Shown: piece after piece, positions 23,658-36,950 of the stretch
How the letters are laid out: each line of letters starts with the position of its first letter
Position numbering within the stretch: position 1 is the stretch's first letter
Notes under the pieces: model-generated
Database searches by the model: none
Seen by the model: the letters and a program-made list of their open reading frames with translations, nothing else
Told to the model about the DNA's origin: nothing
Position numbers and translations under genes: made by a program
Assembly (NCBI GenBank): GCA_050273025.1
Contig: CP158636.1
Coordinates: 5,704,001-5,768,000, forward strand
Direction of reading: 5' to 3'
DNA length: 64,000 bases
From: Cenococcum geophilum
Lineage: Eukaryota

Positions 23658-24426
23658 CTACTTCCGGCTCAATCCCCGACAGACATCAAACCAATAACAT
23701 GAGCAAAACCAACCCCCTCGTCTCTTCCTAGATCCTCGTCTCTTCTTATATGAGCCGACAGCTCCAGATCCCACCCCATTCGTTGGTCCATCATCTTTCG
23801 GAATAAGGCTCGTATACTCATTCTCTTGCCCAGCATTGCCACTCGGCCTGCCACGATGCCGCAGCAGCCCGCTATACACCCCCGAATGCCACCCATTAGC
23901 CCGCGCATACCGCACCAAATCATCGAACGACTCCTTCTCTATCTTCCTACTGTCCTCACTCAGCTGCGGATTACTCCATCGATCATCCCGGACTTCCTTG
24001 AGCCAGACTTTGGGACAGCGGTATGGCTCGCTGGCAAAGACCCAGTTTTTGCGGACGAGGGATTGGGGTTCTTCTAGGAAGAGCTCGGGGATGGTGAAGC
24101 GTCCGGGTGCCGGGTGGAGGGGGAGGTATTCTCCAGCAGAATGGCCATGGCGGCGGAGGTATGTGTTAGAGGGGCCGAGGTCACCGAAGGTGGTGAGCTG
24201 AATGGATGAGTTAGTGTACTAATGTGGTTCAGAGAAGAGATAGAGCGCGGCGGACAATTAAGATCCATGCTGCGTCGTCGGACGGGTTAGTGACGAGAAA
24301 AAGGACGGGACGGCCAAAGCAATCGTCGGGGACGGTGTCACCGAGGTCGAGCGTATTGTATGGGATACGGCGCTCGTATGGTAGCCACAGGATAGTGCCG
24401 GGTTTGAAACGTGATGGGGGGAGCAT
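23658..24426 (-). CDS. Hypothetical protein, possible PemK/MazF-like fold; intron 24255-24198
   Basis: GT..ctaac..CAG intron joins PGTILWLP..RPVLFLV..AWILI to LTTFG..YLPLHPAP in an open frame to the stop at 23658. Confidence 0.7.
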
Positions 24427-24726
24427 CTTGGCCTGTTTATTTTTTCGATACGAGAACCCTAACGGGTGAAATGAATGGGAAACTGATTAGCGGATAGATT
24501 TAATAGATGCTGTTGGGATTTAGTATATGCTTTTCCCCGCACTTTTACGTGGCCGAGAGCAAGTTCTCGTAAATGCATAAAGCCACCTGCATTGCTGATT
24601 GGAAGTCAGGTCAGGCCACGTGAGGAAGCGGCAGCCAGTGCTGTTAATCAATATTCAATACTTATCGATAAAGATTCAGTACTTTTCAATTACGCCATAT
24701 TAATATAGGGAAACGATAATCATACA

Positions 24727-25190
24727 CCCTCTACCCAAACAAGATTAGATCCTTGCCACTTGAAGTTAGAATATCACGTGTGTTGACTTTTTACACCTAG
24801 GTCGTGAAAGTTAAAGTGTATAACACCTTTAAGGTCGTGCTTAGTTAACTGGTAGGACTACGGAGTGCTCTACGAGGCGCTGTAAGAACTAGATTGGGTG
24901 CTGCTGCCTCTATTTGACGTCTGTAGATTGCCTCTACGGGAGCGCCCGCGCCCGCGCCCGCGCCCGCCCGCGGGTAGTGCAGCCAGTATTTCGCTCGAAT
25001 GCTGAGAGCTCTCGCTAAGTTATTAATGCGACTCGTGGAGCCACGTTCTCGAGGCCGAGAGGTTCGAAGGCCGGTTCGTTATTCGCCGGTTCACGGACCA
25101 GTTCACGGGGGCCGACGAGCTGGAGCGATCGACCAAAGCGGCGCAAGCGGAGATAGATGAAGAAGAGGAGAGGGAGGAGTAAGGGCGGCT
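24727..25190 (-). mobile_element. Mutator-like remnant (3' portion)
   Basis: 24855-24912 resembles 32956-33012; 24727-24782 resembles the reverse complement of 33250-33308 (gttagaatatcacgtg). Confidence 0.45.
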
Positions 25191-25269
25191 GAAGCTGCTC
25201 TACAAAGACTCTGCGAATATTAGCACTTCGTAAGGCCAAATCTTATCCTTTTGTGGATAACATCTTACA

Positions 25270-27082
25270 GAATTAGACCACAGGACTTTGGCATCGCGGA
25301 AATCGCTAGGGCCGCGCTGCAGGAGATAGTTGATAAGTTCATCGAAGACGCGAAACCGTCAGCGCCGCAATGCATACGAATCCCAATTAAGTCAGCGAAG
25401 GCAAAGGCAATCGAAGTGCTCGAGGGTTCGGTACAACGCGATTTCAACGAGCTTAAAGCGTCCGTCGATAACTTGGAGAAGTGGAAGGAAAGCCATGGGC
25501 CTGTAAGTCGAGCTCCGGACGCTGGTGCATATTGCTCCGACACTTGTCATCTAGACATATAATGCTTTCAAGAAACTGTGTGGCACTCTCGACGACCATA
25601 AGAGCATCTTTGCGATATTTCCGTCGCAGAACAATTACACCTTGGTATTATGTGCGAGCCTTTCTTGCCTCGTGAAGGTGAGTGATCCAGATGTACCGTA
25701 TAAGATACGACGACTGATCAAACCAGGCAGCTAAGAATCACGGCGACACCGCCGAAACACTATCCAAATCCATGGCCAGCATTTCAGACAAGGTCACGAC
25801 ATGCTCCAACTTAATCTTAATTATCAAGACCCAGAGGCTGAGAAAATGCTCGCAAACATCTACGCCCGCATGTTCCAGTTCTACAAACACGCCATAGAGC
25901 GGTACCTGCACTGTAGGCTTTCTAGACTATTCCGTAGCTTCAACGAGAATCTGAAGAAGGGATTTGACGATGCGACGAAAGACCTTGAGGACCGCATCAA
26001 CGAATTGTATCGCGAGGCCTCCATCAGCAGCACCGCCATGATTGCCATGCTCCACGGCGAGGTTTCGAGTCTGAAGACTGAGGTGCACCGCCAGCGGCGA
26101 AACTATGCAGCACAGGACACCTTAGCCGGACATCGAATGGTTATCCTATTGGAGGCCAGCTGGATGGACAGCAAATCCCCCAAGCGGACCCTCGAAGCCG
26201 AAAAACCCAGCCGTTTGGCAGTCGAGCCCGCATCCCGCATCCAAGACGTAACCGTCGCCAGCATAACGCGCGCCCAAGCCCGCGCTCACGGCCCCGCCCT
26301 GGAGCCTTTCATTATAGGCGACGAAGGCCCGGGCCTGTTCGGCGCGGGCCGCTTCTGGCTCGCCAAGGAAGAGGTGCTGCCTAAGCTGCGAGCGTGGATG
26401 ATCGATACTGCGGCGCCGCGCACGTTGTGGGTATCCAGCCCCTTCTGGCCTGGCCGGGATGACGAGCGCGCGGGCGGCGGCACTGGCGGTCGTGGCGGCG
26501 GCGTGGCAGGCGGAGACGCCGCTCATTTCGCATTTTTGCCAGCGGCATTGGGACAAAGTACGGGCGGGGATGAGCATTGAGCAGGTTGAGTTGGTGGGGT
26601 TGGTGTACAGCTTGATTTACCAGCTGTTGGAGTTTAGCAGGCGGATGATGAGTTAGATGTCAGTAAAGAAAGCCTCGCGGCGTTGAATGGGGGGGAGGAG
26701 TCATGGAGCGCGAGCCTAGAAGTCCTGCGGTCGTTGCTGGACCGCACGCCTGTGTTGATGTACTGCGTAATCGACGGACTGAATGATCTCGAGTGAGGGG
26801 GTGGTGGGGAGTGGTGGGACGGTGTTTAATATCCTCCTCACAACAGCGGGGCAGTCGCGGGTGCTGCCGTTATGTGTGCAATTGAAGGATAGGCATATTG
26901 CGACGAAGGGGGTGAGGGAGGTGGCGAGGGTGGGGAGGAGGATTGAGTTGGAGCCTGTGGAGCAGGAGGGGCCGGTAAGGGAGAGATCGAGGGGAAGCCA
27001 AAGGAATGCTATATCTAAAAGGGGAAGGCGCGGGGTGTCACGTAAACCGAAAGCGAATTTTTCGTCAATAACTTCCTATTAG
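25270..27082 (+). pseudogene. Frameshifted NLR-like gene: helical N-terminal domain (DUF7708-like) plus degenerate NACHT-type NTPase
   Basis: IFPSQNNY, LVKAAKNH, SRLFRSFNEN, LRAW..LWVSSP, PLISHFC, LVYSLIYQLL, YCVIDGLNDLE, ILLTTAG spread over several frames with stops. Confidence 0.6.
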
Positions 27083-28028
27083 GAGCACCACCAGGACTAT
27101 TAGGACTATTAGAACAGTTAGAAAATAAAACTCTAAACTTAAAAATTAAACATATTGATAAAATAGCAGTTTGTCTATTAATGCATATATTATAATTTAA
27201 TAATATTAATATTAATAGCTTTTATAATTATTAAGTTATAAAATGGTGTATTTTGGTGTATTTTGGTAGGGAAAAGCCATGCATGAGGTGGGACCGTGCA
27301 CGAGGTGGCCCATGCGTCTACCACTACATCCTGCGAATGAATCGCCCTTCGGTTTTCTGAAAAGGCCTCTCGCTATCCAGCAGCATATCCAAATCGTTTC
27401 AGCTTCCATTGTACACTCTTCTAATAGGCCATCAACGATTCCCCCCACTCCGTTCATCTCAGTGCTGTTCTCAGCGAGCCCGATACCTCCGCTTTCGCTT
27501 GTCCTGTCGTTTACCAGGTGATACACCTGCATCTAGCTGCTTCACCCACAGTACTTGTGAGGACTTAGCTTGCGCGCTGAGCAAGTTCTGATGGACCTGG
27601 CACCCCGCTGGTGTGAGTAATGGGTGATAGTAGTGACTGAGAAAACATCAAGGAGAAGCATAGGTGCAATTTCTTACGGACATACTTGGACTAGGTGCAC
27701 TACGATAGCAGGCGGTTTTGAGCTAGCGGGCAAACGACTAGAACCGTTCCCTACGCAAACATAGAACTACTTGATATCAAGAACAACGATGCATCTCAGA
27801 TATTACATGAAAGCGGAAATGTGATACAGAATAATTTAGCCCCTTGCCAAGGTGGGGAGCCGTTCAACACTCCAAGTGTGCATCACAGTAACCCCAGTTC
27901 TCATCCTTTATACCATCCCAGCTCCCCATCCTACGACGCGCAGCATTCTTGTGTACTAAATCTCTACATTTATAAGCCGGAGTTTGGAAAAAATCCGCTT
28001 CTCGGATCTAAGTCAACGTTGCCATCAT

Positions 28029-29545
28029 ATGCTTACAGTGATTTTCGCATTTCTGGTCTCAGTCTTGCATTCCACATCATACTGCAGTTCACTTGCCAAC
28101 ATGAGTTATTCTCCTACAATCACGAGAATAATTGCGGCTGCAAAGTCCGGTGGGCCCCTCTTCATTGCACTTTTCAACGGCACACTAACGCACCGTACCG
28201 TAGATGGTATTGATCTCACCGTCCTACCATTCGCAGACGCTGCCTTTGCCTCCATTGATGCCGTCCTAGTCCCTGTGGCTTCCGACCCTCCTTGCTTTGA
28301 GAATGCTACGAGAATCGATACTCACGTTCATGTTGTCCCAGACTGGTACCGAGAACTTGCGCCATCCGCAGCTGGTAGAGGAACGCCCAATTGGAACGTA
28401 CAATCGCATTTACAATTCATGGTCGACAACCACGTCAAACGCAGCATTATTTGTGTCTCCACACCGCAAGCTAACCTCTTCCCCGGCTCTCCAGAACTGA
28501 CTGCTGCACTTGCACGTGTCCTTAATGAATTTGTAGCTGCTCTTGTGCGCACGTACCCGGATAGGTTCTCGTTTCAGGCGATCACGCCGCTTCCGTATAC
28601 AGACGCAGCGATTAAAGAGGCTAACTATGCGCTCGACAACCTCGGAGCTATCGGTGTAGGCGTTCTCACAAATCACGAGGGAAAATATCCTGGAGATGTG
28701 TCATTCAAGCCTCTTTGGCAAGCACTAGAAAGCCGGAAGAGTGATAGAGAGATCGTTTTCGTTCATCCAACCGATCCGGTTATCAATATCGACGGAAGAC
28801 TGGTGCCCTCTAATCCCGGTAAGTTTTCTTGTAACTTTATCCTCACTCCTTCCGTATTCAATCGTGGCACTCTTTATGCCAGACCTGCTTTATGCGTATG
28901 ATTATTCTCATCAGCTCACTATCTGAAAGCACCTTTCCGTTCTGGCCTAGGCGAGTTCTACTTCGAGACCGCCCGCGCTATATCCTCTCTCACAGCATCA
29001 CGCACTATCCACGACTTCCCAAAACTGCACTATCGGATCTCTCACGGTGCTGGCGCATTCCCTTGCATTGAAGATAGGTTTCTCCTTGGATTCCCAGATT
29101 TGCAGGCTGAGGCTAGAGAGATATATGCCACGCGGTTAGTTCAACACGGTCATATTCCTCTGCCAGTTTAACAACGTGTCGGAGGAGTTCAGTAACTCGG
29201 AGCCTGGCTGATCTTTGTAGATTTTGGTACGATAGCGCCGGTCCCATTTATCCTCGCCAAGTCAAAGGTTTAATGGCTTATGGTATCCCAATCTCCCAGC
29301 TTGTTTTTGGGACTGTAAGTAGCTTTCCTCTTTATCATGGTCTCAATTCACATCTCCACCTCCTTTACCACTCTCAATATGCTGATTCGCTTATGCAGGA
29401 CTATCCGTACGGCATTGGCTTCTGGGATGTGAAAGCAAATATTGCTGGGCTAGCTGATGCGGATTTCTTGACTGAAGGAGAAAAGAAATCTGTCTTCTAC
29501 AATAATTCGAAGGAGCTTTGGAAAGGCAAGATTGAAGATTTTTGA
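28029..29545 (+). CDS. Amidohydrolase-2 family protein (decarboxylase-like); introns 28819-28929, 29135-29220, 29315-29398
   Basis: IDTHVH, FVHP, FETARA, SHGAG, FGTDYP motifs after splicing. Confidence 0.9.
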
Positions 29546-30769
29546 TATGGATTAAAACATAAGAATGGGTAGAGTTTTGCCGTAGAGTTTTGCCGTAGAG
29601 GCAATATCACTGCTCGCCCTGATCGATGAATTTCCCTTGGGGCTATTAGACTTTTAGACGGAAGTCAATTCGTAAAGTAGAATGGGGGACTTGCCAATTT
29701 CCCTCGCGCTGGCTAACTTACACTCTGAAATGCTAGAAAGCCAATGATTGCCTATTTAAATAGCCACGTTGTCTTCACCGATACCACTCCATGCCTGTAC
29801 TTGCTTAGATAAGCTGCTCTGGGTGACTTCATATTTCTAACTGTGCAACATTTACTCGTCCACAGTACACAGTGCTTACGCAACCAATTACCTAGGGTCG
29901 GTGCCTCGTAGCCTTAAGTGGCGAAATGATGCAGAAGAGAGCCAAGGCCATAAGACCTCCTGGAAAGTACCAAAACCATCTCGAAGACAGCCAATACTTT
30001 TCCACGCACCACTATGAACATTGTTCAGATCTTCAATGATGTGATTTCTCAAGGAAAAAAAAAGACAAGAAAGGTCCCGCTCAAGGAACACGAGCTTCGG
30101 AAAGCAACCAAGCCACCTGCTAGCAAGCGTTCCAACATTGCACGAAAATTTGGCATGAGCAAAAAAAAGGACCCAAACAGCGAGTCCTACTTCTGCTGAG
30201 AAGTTTGGTCGGATCCTGAGCCGGATCTCAAGCCTTGCGGAAAGCTTTGCTCATGTGCTTCTCGAGTTGCAAACGTTCTTTCTCTCTCGGATGAGCAGCA
30301 TTTGCATTTATTTATCCATATAGATGCACTTGATCTTGGGTCACGGGAAGGGATATCTTCAGACATCTCAAATTTCTGGCGCAACCGCGGTAAAGACAAT
30401 GAGAAAGCATCCAAGCCGATGGAGGAGTTTGAGCACTGTGAAGTGCTCCAACGGTCATGTCGGCAAATGCTGAAGGATAAGAAAGGGTAACCAGTCTAGC
30501 AAACGTGGTCAAGACAAGAAAAGACTAGGATAAAGAACTTTTTTTCCACATGACCATTATGTGTAAAGTGTATATTTGCCTTTCATGGAGTGAAAGGCCC
30601 ATAACTTTCTTTGCATTGCCGTCATTAGAGAATTCCAAGACTTGGTTAATCGAAGAATGAAGACGGCTGAGCTGATAACCTTCTTGAGTATTGGGAAACA
30701 GAAGCCTCAGCAACCAGATGTTGAATTCTAGTAAATCAAGGCATCATGAGAGCTCACCGCTAACTCACC

Positions 30770-32172
30770 TCACTCCTTCCAAACCATTATACCTCTCTCA
30801 TATAACCCGGTCACTATCCCCAGGCCCTTCTTAGTATCTCTTATGGCGGTACAGCTGGTCTGAAAGTCTAATCCCTGATACAACTCCCTCAAGCCAGCCT
30901 CCTCAGTCCACTCACCGACCCAACTAGGCGCCCGCACTTTGCAGACCTCGCTTTCTCTTTCCTCCGGTTTGTCTGAATTGCAAAGCGCCCTCGCGCCCGA
31001 GACAGTAACAAGGCTCGGAGCATGCGGATGGCCTGCTATAAGCAGCTTCCCGTTTGCGTCCACTGAAAGGTTATCTATGAGTGAGGGCACTCTTATAACT
31101 TTCTGTAGAACTAGATCACTCTGTTTCGTCATAGTGTAAAGGTATACACCTGGCTTGGATGTTGATGACACAGCAAGCGTGGTCTCATTAAGCACTGCAA
31201 TTCCATTTGGGAAGGGGATATGCGCCACGATTTTAGCAGAGTCGGTGATGAGGTTGACGTGCACAACACTTCCACCTGGGACTGCGAGGTACGTCTCCGC
31301 TTTTGCTAATAGAGTATTTTCGCGAGCAGGAAAGTAGTGATCGTTGGTGAAATAGATCTCCGTATCCGTAATAGCAGCGATACTATTTGGTGTATGCACA
31401 AGAGGGTGTTTGAGAGTGCGAATGTGTGTGGCGGTGAGAGATGATACCGAGAGGTGAAATATCTCAATAGTAGAACCGGTGCTAGCGTGGTTCACCACGT
31501 AAAGTGTAGAGGTTGGCACGTAGTACTCAATGCCGAGTGGATGGAAATCTGTATCACCGGATGGGAAGTCGGTAAGAGTGAGGCGCTTAACAGCTGCTTC
31601 ATCGGAAAGATCGAAATTAGAATAGTCATAAATATAGAGAGCACCACTAGGGACCCGTTCGTTGTGGAAATTGCCCTATAGAAAGTATAGTTAGTGTCGA
31701 CGCATGTTTATGTGTCTAATCACATCGTTCCGGAAATCAAATACGCTTTGTAACAAGCCTGGGCCAAATTCTTTTTGAAAGAGCAATCATTCCAAGCCGA
31801 CTCGAAGTAGCCAAGAGAATTCATCTCACCATGACAGTATTCCACTTGTCCCTCCCCACATCACAACTTAGTATAGCTAATCCCATAGCCTCGTCCAGCA
31901 GAGCGTCCTCGCAATTTCTCAGCTTATTCGCGAACTTCACTTCATACTCCTTGAACGTAGAGAATTTATTTAGTTTACCCGGGGCGTTGCGGAAGAAGGT
32001 TTCGAGGACTTGTTCACGGTCATAGAGGTAGGGCGACGCAAGGGAGAGGAGAATGAGACCCTAAAAGACAGCATTATTAACGATCAAGACTTTCAAGTAC
32101 ACAATAATTTGCGTTTGGTCCTCTTGGCTGTAAAGAGAATGGTGAGCTTACGATGGTAGTCTTGAGATACAT
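30770..32172 (-). CDS. Paraoxonase/arylesterase-like beta-propeller hydrolase, 3 exons
   Basis: RNCED, FHPLGIE, YVVNH, TPNSI, FTNDH, PNGI, DNLS; introns ~32151-32061 and ~31829-31676. Confidence 0.88.
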
Positions 32173-32562
32173 TTTGAGCTAGCTTCAGGTTGACGAAGCT
32201 CAGCCAGAAAAGAGCAAAGCCGAGACGCGTAGTTCACGGTGGTAGCTCCTAGGAGAGAAGCTAACGAGAAGCTTCGAAGACTTCGAAGACTTCGAAGAAA
32301 AGGCTAATATGCATTGAGCGGAGTCTGACAGACCAAAGCTCCCCTTGGTGCTAAGCTCCCTTGCTTGGCTCATCCTCGGCCACCGCTGCTCACCCTCGGC
32401 TTAGGTGGAATTGTGAGGTCACTTTCCTCTTAAAACTACCGGGGGCGTATAGTTTGGTTTTAGGTTGAACACTCATATATATAGCAACAGCAGTTGTGAG
32501 ATACCTATCTACCTACAAAATGCGCGCTGAAGAGCTGCCATATTTCCTTGCTCTACCCCTCA

Positions 32563-32850
32563 TTAGGCAGCCCCACTTTCATCAAGGAGCTTCAAAAGAC
32601 CCATAACTAACCGGAGAGCCTCAACTCTTTGGATACGCTTGCGAAGGTCAAGTAGCTCTGAGCAGCGAATATGTAGATCTCGGCTTAATGGCTTGTTTTG
32701 GCAAAGCTCCTCTATATAGGTGCGGTATAGAGTAGCAGAAGCGAGTTGCAGACAAGTTCCTTGCATACAGAGGACAAATGCTCTATAACTATCCCGTCCT
32801 GGTCCTTGAGTGTATGCAGTAATCCCCTGTCCTAAGATTTGCAATGCTTG
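32563..32850 (-). pseudogene. Fragment of an uncharacterised gene
   Basis: 93-codon protein-like frame cut at the adjacent TE remnant; family not recognised. Confidence 0.3.
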
Positions 32851-32879
32851 CTGAGTGATAGGGTCTATCTTATAATCCG

Positions 32880-33343
32880 AGTCCCGTGCCTAGATTGGCT
32901 TCCACCACTATGCCTACTACTAGAATTGACCTTAACCTGTTCCTGTCGACTAATTGGACTGTATAGTGCTCTACGAGGCTGCGCGTGAACTTAATTAGGT
33001 GCTACTGCCTCTGATAACTACGAACGGCCTCCGCGGGCTTGCGCACGGTCGCCGGAGTCCGTTTGTCCTTTTTGGATCGCTTTATAATTATGGTAGAGCC
33101 TTGCAGCTTCGCTTGGGCGTTAAAGCCTTTAATTCCTGCTTCTGCTGAGTCGTAATTTGCTATGGGCGCGACGTTGAGGGCCGTGGTAGTAGTAGTAAGG
33201 GCTATCGGCAGGGTGGTGTTGAGATTTTGACAGATGTAAACAAGTTAAACGCACGTGATATTCTAACCTATTAAGGCAAGCGCTAAACGTGTTTTGGGGG
33301 GAGGGGTATCTACCTATTAAAAAGGGGTATCTAAATAGCACCG
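32880..33343 (-). mobile_element. Internally deleted Mutator-like element
   Basis: FNAQAKLQG..IIIKRSKKDKR..TVRK (MULE N-terminal DNA-binding-like motif) fused directly to the segment shared with 24855-24912. Confidence 0.55.
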
Positions 33344-33779
33344 TCTAAAACATAAGTATTATAGTTAGGTTAGTCGAACTTTTAGCATGGTCAGGCGACC
33401 TGCATCCTCGGTTTTTCGGTTTGTATGAACCTTGAAGTAATATTTATTAAATGAGCTGGACTGGAATCACGTCTCACTTGGTCAATATATTGAAATGTTT
33501 ATTTGTCATTCACCGTTAACTACCTACGAGAAACCTCTTCCAAGTTTGCACAAACTCATAGTACATATCGGGGACCCATTCATTCATTCCGTCAACCTCC
33601 ACATGAAAAAGAAATGACGCCTTCACGTCTAATGCGAAGATGCAATCACCAGCATCCACCGCAGATTACCGTTCGCCGAGAAGAGAAGTTATGTGTATGA
33701 AAATGAAGGCGTGACACATGAAGATAGGGAGTTTAAGGGAATCACAGCGCCAAATCCACTTTTGTACTAATTAATGCAT

Positions 33780-35937
33780 TTAGTCAACCTCCTCCATGGC
33801 ACTCTCCCCACTAGCTTCAGCAGGTGCGGCCTCTTCAGCCTTAACCTCCTCAACAGTCTCGACTTCCTCGTCAACATTTAAGCCGAGGGAAACGAGCTTG
33901 TGGATGCGCTCGGCGTACTGGACAGGCTCATCGATTGTGAAGCCGGACACAAGGAGTGATGTCTCGAAGAGGAGCAGGGTGATGGACTTGACAGTACGAT
34001 CCTCCTCGCCATCAGTCTCAACCTTGCGCTTCAACTCCTTGATAATCGGGGACTTGGGTGAAATCTCGAACGTTTTCTTCGATGACATGTACGAGCTCAT
34101 GGAGGTATCACGCAGGGCTTGGGCCTTCATGATACGCTCCATGTTGGCGGACCAACCAAACTGGCCAGTACGGATAGCGCATGGCGAACCGATAAGCTTA
34201 TGGCTGACAACAACCTTCTCGACCTTGTCACCGAGGACGTTCTTCAAGCTCTTGGCGAGACCCTCGAAATCCTTCTCCTCGGCCTCACGCTGCTTCTTCT
34301 CCTCCTCGCTCTCCTCGAGCTCAAAGTCCTTGGTAATGTCGACAAGCTTCTTGCCGTCAAACTCCTTGAGCTGGGTCATAGCATACTCATCGATTGGATC
34401 AACAAGGAATAAAACTTCGAAACCCTTATCCTTTAGCGTATCAAGGAATGGGGACTTCTGCACGGCTTTGAGGGATTCGCCAGTGATGTAGTACATCTGT
34501 TTCTGATGTTCAGGCATGCGTGTAACGTAGTCGGCGAGAGAAGTAGTCTCATCACCAGACTTAGTAGAGTTGAAGCGAAGGAGCTTAGCAAGAGCCTGGC
34601 GGTTCTGAGAGTCCTCGTGAATTCCGAGCTTGATGTTCTTGCTGAAGGCCGAGTAGAACTTGTCAAACTGCTCTCGGTCTTCGGCGATTTCGTTGAACAA
34701 CTCAAGGGTCTTCTTAACTATGTTCTTGCGGATCACCTTCATGATCTTGTTCTGCTGGAGTGTCTCACGGGAAAGGTTTAGAGGAAGATCCTCGGAGTCG
34801 ACAACACCCTTGACGAAGCTAAGCCACTCTGGGATGAGGTCGGTGGCATCATCAGTGATGAAGACGCGGCGAACGTAGAGCTTAATGTTGTTCTTGGTCT
34901 TCTTCGTCTCGAAGAGGTCGAAAGGTGCTCGCTTGGGAACGAAGAGGATAGCGCGGAATTCGAGCTGGCCCTCAACCGAGAAGTGCTTTACGGCAAGGTG
35001 GTCTTCCCAGTCGTTGGAAAGAGACTTGTAGAATGATGCGTACTCTTCCTGGGAGATGTCTTGAGGGTTTCGTGTCCAGATTGGCTTAGTCTTATTCAAC
35101 TCTTCCTCCTCAATCTTGGATTCCTTGACCTTCTTCGTCTTCTTTTTCTTCTCCTCTTCCTCATCATCAACCTCCTCGACCTTGGGCTTCTTGTCCTCGT
35201 CTTCCTCCTTCTCTTCAGCCTCGTCATCCTCAACCTCCTTCTCGGTCTCTTTGAGGACGTGGAGGTAGATTGGGTAGGAAATGAACTCGGAATGCTTCTT
35301 GACAACCTCCTTGATCTTACTCTCATTTAGGTAGTCAGTTTGTTCTTCCTTGAGGTGGAGAATCATCTTCGAGCCACGGCCCAGAGGCTCGCCTTCGGTA
35401 TCCTGTGTGATCGTGAAGGTGCCGCCTGCGCTTGACTCCCAGATGTACTGCTCGTCATCGTTATGCTTCGACACGACAGTGACTTTATCGGCAACGAGGT
35501 AGGCAGAGTAGAAGCCAACACCGAATTGCCCAATCATAGAGATATCGGCACCAGCAGTCAGAGCTTCCATGAACTGCTTGGTACCTGACCGAGCAATCGT
35601 ACCCAGGTTGTTGACCAAATCCTAAGAAAACTGTTAGTTCCGGTGGTCGTAGAACAAGTCTTATAGTTCAACTTACCGCTTTTGTCATACCAATACCGGT
35701 GTCACGAATTGTAAGTGTCTTCGCCTCCTTGTCTGGAATGATGTCGATGCGGAGATCCTTGCCGCTGTCTAGCTTGCTAGGATCCGAGAGAGCCTCATAT
35801 CGGATCTTGTCAAGCGCATCGGAAGCATTGGAAATCAACTCTCGCAGGAAGATCTCCTTATTTGAGTAGACTGTGTTGATAATGAGGCCGAGAAGCTGAG
35901 AGATCTCGGCCTGAAACTCAAAGGATTCGGCAGGCAT
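33780..35937 (-). CDS. HSP90: Cytosolic heat shock protein 90; intron 35678-35622
   Basis: [23 protein letters not shown]-terminal MEEVD. Confidence 0.99.
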
Positions 35938-36313
35938 GATTGTAGTACTGCGGTGGGGGGAGATAATTGTCTATGCAATTACGGAGTCAGTGACTAATAG
36001 CCAGTGCGCTTGAGTGGTGAGGTAAATATTATGGTTCAGAAAATTGTAGAATATGCAATAATTGAAGTCAAGGTTCTGTGACCAGTGTGGGTCTCTGCCT
36101 AGAAGATGACGAGGCTGTGAGGTTTGTTTATATACTTACGATTCTCAGAGGGTTATGAGGGTCTAACGGCTTTATAAAAGCACTAGTGGATGAGATTGAC
36201 TCGCAGTAAAGATGGTAGAGGAAGGAAATCTATCCGTTTTCAACAGTTTGGAGAGAGGATGGAGGAGGTAGAAGAAGTGTTTGGAGGGAGAAGCTGAAAT
36301 ACTCCCGCACAAA

Positions 36314-36333
36314 GCTCGAGAAGATTCTAGACG
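36314..36333. promoter_or_regulatory. Heat-shock element-like site upstream of HSP90
   Basis: CTC-ga-GAA-ga-TTC-ta-GAC alternating nGAAn spacing; CCAAT at 36367. Confidence 0.6.
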
Positions 36334-36950
36334 AAGCCGGCAACACTGCGGTTTAGGGATGCCTAGCCAATCATCGCCCTTGCTGGTTTTGCGCCTCGCT
36401 CACCGCCCTCCCACCCAAACTCTAACCCCAAAGCTCGTTCACCCAGCCTCCGCCCTTTTGAAGGTCAAGGGCGGGTGAAATCGTTTGTGCTCGTCTGAAT
36501 GGGCTTACCTCAAAGTTGCGTTTGGTAACAACGCGCTCGTTCTCCTTGAAATCCCAGGTTGTTCGATGTTTTAACAACCCAACTTTATTTGTAGAGCTAC
36601 TGGAATTCTGCCTGCTCGAGCCTGTTGATATCAGCCTCGCTCAGCCTTGCATTCCGCCTTCGTTCGATTCGATGTGCGCAACAGCCTGGCGTCCCTCACG
36701 GCATGCTGGTGCTTTCACACAGTCCCACTCGCACAGAGTCAATACCATTCGAATTGGCCTCTGCCTGCAATTCTACTTATAAGCCCAGTTAGTTGAGAAA
36801 CATTGTCTCGATTGTGCCTCGGTGGGCCATTCAGCAGAGCCCCACCCCTCAATTACGAGATCAGATCCCCAGCCATTCGACCAGCCCTCTTGTTAAACTG
36901 TTGGAGTCGATTTCATGCTTAACTAGATGACAGTACTCCTGGCTTACGAC

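Noticed and set aside
30014..30490. Short Lys-rich ORFs
   Set aside because: No recognisable motif; at most a decayed gene fragment
32267..32298. (cttcgaaga)3 as a heat-shock element
   Set aside because: TTCGAA lacks nGAAn spacing; simple tandem repeat
33796..35330. Long antisense ORFs over HSP90 (also over 59290-60306)
   Set aside because: Shadow frames caused by codon bias
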